Source: Dicyema japonicum
Lineage: Eukaryota; Animalia; Dicyemida
Length of the DNA stretch: 33,351 nucleotides
Assembly (NCBI GenBank): GCA_011109175.1
Contig: RDEW01000103.1
Coordinates: 51,890 to 85,240 of the forward strand
Direction of reading: 5' to 3'
The position numbers were made by a program, and so were the translations under genes. The notes beneath the pieces were generated by a model. That model saw only the letters and a list, made by a program, of their open reading frames with translations, was not told the origin of the DNA and did no database searches. Positions 29,850 through 33,351 of the stretch are shown piece by piece (the first letter of the stretch is position 1; each line of letters opens with the position of its first letter).

Positions 29850-32780
29850 AATAATATATTCAACCAATCATTTACTTTTTTATTGATGATCTAAAAATAT
29901 TTACTGAGAAGAAAGATACAATGAAGAAAAGGAGTTGTGAGAAGTCTGCCACTAATTTGAGATGTGAATGATGTGAAATCTCTACTTCGGAGTGCTAGAG
30001 GACAAAGAAAGTAATGTCATGAAACATGAAGTTTGAAACACTACTGCTGAAAATGTCTAAAACAGGACAATATATTTGATACACTAATCTCAATGGTGTT
30101 TATACATTCTCTGAAACTTATTCCAATATAAGAGCTGTTGATGGGGAAAGACCTGGTAACCTACCCTGTATTTAAATGCCAAGAAAATCTTATGAGCAAA
30201 ACTCTCCTACGATCTAATTGGAAGCAACGTTAATACAAACATCAAATCTCGACTCTTCGTCACACAGAACGTAAGAGGCTTAGCGAAGGGAAATTAAAAG
30301 TCGTAAAAAGAGAAATGAGAAAGCTTGATATTGACCTGCTTGGAGTAAGCAAACTTCACTGGATCGACAGTGGTTTTTTTCGTTCTGATGATTTCGTCAT
30401 ATATTATTCTGGTATCATTAATGCGAAGAGAAACGGAATGGACTTCATTGCTTCAAAGCAAATTGGACCTGCTATTGAAAGTCATAGAATATTTAATGAT
30501 CGGATAATACTAATCCACGTCCGTGAACAACCATTGAATATTAAGGTCATGCAAGTGTATGCCCCAACATCTATTGCCAAGCATGACGAAATTGATTAAT
30601 TTTATTATGAATTTCAAAAGGCACTAAAACTAATACCCAAAAAGGACATAATCTACATAATGGGGGATTTCAATTCAAAAGTTGGGTGTATGCCACATAC
30701 GGATATTGTGGGAAGTTTTGGTTTGGGGAAAAGAAATGACGATGGAGATCGACTGGTCCAATTCTGTAAAAGAAATGGATTTCATATGACTAACACATGG
30801 TTCAACATGTCGCCAAATGGAATTTCTAGGAACTTGATTATATTTTATGCGCCAAACGCTGGAAAAGCTCTATAACAGCCGTCAAAACATATTAAGAGGC
30901 AGACTGTGGGACAGACCATCAGCAACTTGTTGCAAAAACTAGGACGAAAATCAGTAACACTTGGAATACCCTCCGAGTCTCAAACATACCACCAGAATAC
31001 GCAATGGAAGTTAAGCACAATATTGGATTATTGGATTTGAACGGAAGGATGCCTGATGAATTATGGAATGATATGCAGTTGGTTATCAGGAAGGCTGCAA
31101 TAAAACATGTCAAATACAAAACGCCGGCCAAGTGCTCTGAGTGGCTCTTTGAAACTCCATAAACATTGCTGAGGCGCTTAAAGCTGCTAAAGTCTCTGGG
31201 AATATAGACGAGACAAGAAAACTTAACTCTGAATTCAAAAAGGCAGCCAGGAAGGATAAAGAAGACTACTGGTGGATACACTGCAAAAAAATGTAAGATG
31301 ACTATAAGAAAGGTCTCAGTAGGAATGCGTATTTACAACTAAAAAGATTACGAACACCCTTTACGAAAATGATAGGCAAAATCAAGGACAAGGATGGTGT
31401 AGAATTGCTAAGCCAACAGAACATCCGAAATCGTTGGAGAGAATATACGGAACGGCTATATGCAGAAACTGTTAGAACAGTGTATGGAAATACAGATTGG
31501 TTCAAAATTGGTAAAGGAGTAAGACAAGGATGTTTATTATCTCCCATCCTATTTAATATTTATGCTGAAATGATCATGACTAAATTAGATACTGTATATA
31601 ACGGGATTAAAATTGGAGGCAGGAACATTAATAATTTGCGCTCTGTTGACGATACAACCTTACTGGCTGAAACAGAGGATGGCCTCAGGGAGTTGATTCT
31701 AAGATTCAGAGAAGAGTCTTTGGTTTATTGCTAAATATCAAGAAGACCAAAATTATGACGACTGCTAATAATGGAATAATGAAACTAAAAATTGGGAATG
31801 AGAAAATAGAGTTGCGATAATGTTGTCTTTCTGGAATGTCTAATTAATCGGAATGGTGACGGAGGCTTGGAAATCAAGAGGCGAAATGCCATGACGCCTT
31901 CCTGAAAATGAATAGAATTTTGAAAAGCAAAGATATTTTCTTAAGGACCAAATGCAGACTGGTTAATACCATCGTGTTTCCGGTTTTTCTATACGGCGCA
32001 GAATCATAAATACTGAAAAAGGCGGATACGAAAAATTGATGCTTTTGAACTGTGGTGCTGGAAGAGGTTACTAAGAATCCCTTGGACTTCCAATATAATA
32101 AACACTGATGTACTCATAAGGGTGGAGACGGACATTTCGCTAGAAAAAAGAATGGTAAAACACATATTGTCGTTCTTTGGGCATGTTGTTAGCTCTGACT
32201 TCCTGGAAAGAACCATTTTGCTGAGAAATATTACTGGGAAGAGAAGACCTGGTCGACCGAAGACTCGGTGGCTATCCACTATGGAAGACGTCACGGGAAT
32301 GCTTATATCAAGGCTACTCGAAATTACGTCGGATCGGGAAGAGTGGAGGAAACTTGTTTATGAAATCTCCAAGGGACGGACACGACTTAGTTGGATAACA
32401 TAACATAATCTCAATGGTGTAAATCTTTAAAGATATTAACTAGCATGCCTTGTTTTTTCATAATTTCTAAATTGGTTTAATTAACATTGAACCGAAAGAA
32501 TTGATGTTGAAATTCGCCGAATCTTAACAGAGAATACAGTTTGCTAACAAGGAAAGATTATATATTAATCGTGCTAAACTTGGGTGAGGACCTGATTCTA
32601 TTTTTCATAAAAGTAAATGTACCATTTCTTTACTTATTTGGAAAAAACATCCAGCATTTGTCTCATAAAGATGGAATCCCGCGGGTCCTTAAAACTAAGA
32701 AAACACATATGACCAGAATCACAAAATTCCTTGCTTTCAAGTACAAGATGGACCCCACCTAAATAAGCATTAACGCTATC
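29850..32780 (+). mobile_element. RLE-type (R4/Dong-like) RT C-half fragment, split by the RTE insertion
   Basis: NHLLF-DDLKIF and YFGVLED before the insertion. TNLNGVNL reads across the TSD. IDVEIRRIL and KERLYINRAKLG follow it. Boundaries approximate. Confidence 0.7.
30100..32405 (+). mobile_element. RTE-clade (RTE-1/BovB-like) LINE, internally deleted and degenerate
   Basis: 15-bp TSD TAATCTCAATGGTGT at 30085-30099 and 32406-32420. (ATAAC)n tail. EN motifs QVYAPT, MGDFNSKVG, GLGKRNDDGDRL, DCGTDHQ. RT motifs WFKIGKGVRQGCLLSPILFNIY, IKIGGRNINNLR.VDD, KIDAFELWCW, FFGHV, GRPKTRW. Confidence 0.93.
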
Positions 32781-32788
32781 GAGGAATA

Positions 32789-33351
32789 TAAGTTCAATAA
32801 TTTTGCCTATCATTCTGTTCACATTTAGTTGCATAACAGAGATCCTGTCCTTTAACATTTGTAGGTCACGAATCCGAGAAGCTGATGTAAGACCAGTAAT
32901 CAGTCGACCAGGAGCGACATGTGCACCCGGTGGAAGAGAGCTAATGGTTTTTTTTTCGAAATGTTTTAAGAGCATTCTGAACGCCTCTAGAATTGTTGTT
33001 TCCGGTGAACCACATGACGCAACGCTAAAAATAAAAATTCTAAATAAAATATTAGGATCTTTATTTAACACACAATAAAAAAGTTAATATATTTATAAAT
33101 CAACAACCTTCCTCGCCTGCCTGTTCGCCAGCCTCCTCAGGCAGGTTCGATTCTGGTTGCTGAAACAACTCCGAGAGCGCATTGTAAAATTGAACCCTCT
33201 GCCCATATAACATCTCAGAGCTCTGCCTCCTATAAAATTCTAAATATAATATTTTAATTCTAAATGTAATATTTTAATATTTAAAATTTATTAATATCGA
33301 ATAAAATATAACCTAAATATGCTCTTTTCAATGAGTTGTATGGTAATTAAT
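32789..33351. repeat. Copy 2 of the approximately 560-bp repeat, running to the window end
   Basis: Matches 28241-28801. The last approximately 129 bp are identical, while the LINE and insert part differs at roughly 25-30 sites by eye. Confidence 0.95.
33319..33351 (+). CDS. Start (exon 1 and part of intron 1) of another LAMP-like gene copy, partial
   Basis: Identical to 28769-28801, with ATG at 33319 and a GT donor at 33338. The rest lies outside the window. Confidence 0.6.
   Translation, partial: MLFSMSCMVIN

Noticed and set aside
32634-33071. 145-aa minus-strand ORF as a novel gene
   Set aside because: Chance fusion of the LINE 5' stub with the antisense strand of the RLE-type fragment at the duplication breakpoint (about 32789).
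1-33351. Microsporidian or prokaryotic origin suggested by AT content and RLE-type RTs
   Set aside because: Very high spliceosomal intron density and an INTS3 orthologue do not fit either.

Overview
AT-rich eukaryotic scaffold segment (680-N gap at 15255-15934) read in the standard genetic code. Four host genes can be rebuilt by hand: ubiquilin (7422-9090 +), CDC27/APC3 (12966-15241 -), INTS3 (20459-23807 -) and a mucin/LAMP(CD68)-like membrane protein (28769-29612 +) that the ORF track almost entirely misses. Further copies of the LAMP-like gene appear to end at position 23 and begin at 33319. All four genes are split by very short introns: 50 called, all 20-27 nt, 46 of them GT-AG. This suggests a genome-reduced animal parasite such as a myxozoan or dicyemid (inference, not proven). 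Four intron-like segments lack the AG acceptor (three 21-nt GT..TG, one 22-nt GT..AA), pointing to non-canonical 3' splice-site use or to micro-introns turning into exon. The intergenic space is a nested retroelement graveyard. It contains a full-length RTE-like LINE with an 8-bp TSD, a true RTE/BovB-like element with a 15-bp TSD, Jockey/I-like and RLE-type (R4/Dong-like) fragments, and a Charlie/SPIN-like hAT (TIRs, 8-bp TSD) that itself carries a tRNA-derived SINE and a truncated LINE. A probable retrocopy also sits in the LAMP-like promoter. All calls come from manual reading; family names come from remembered motifs, not database searches.
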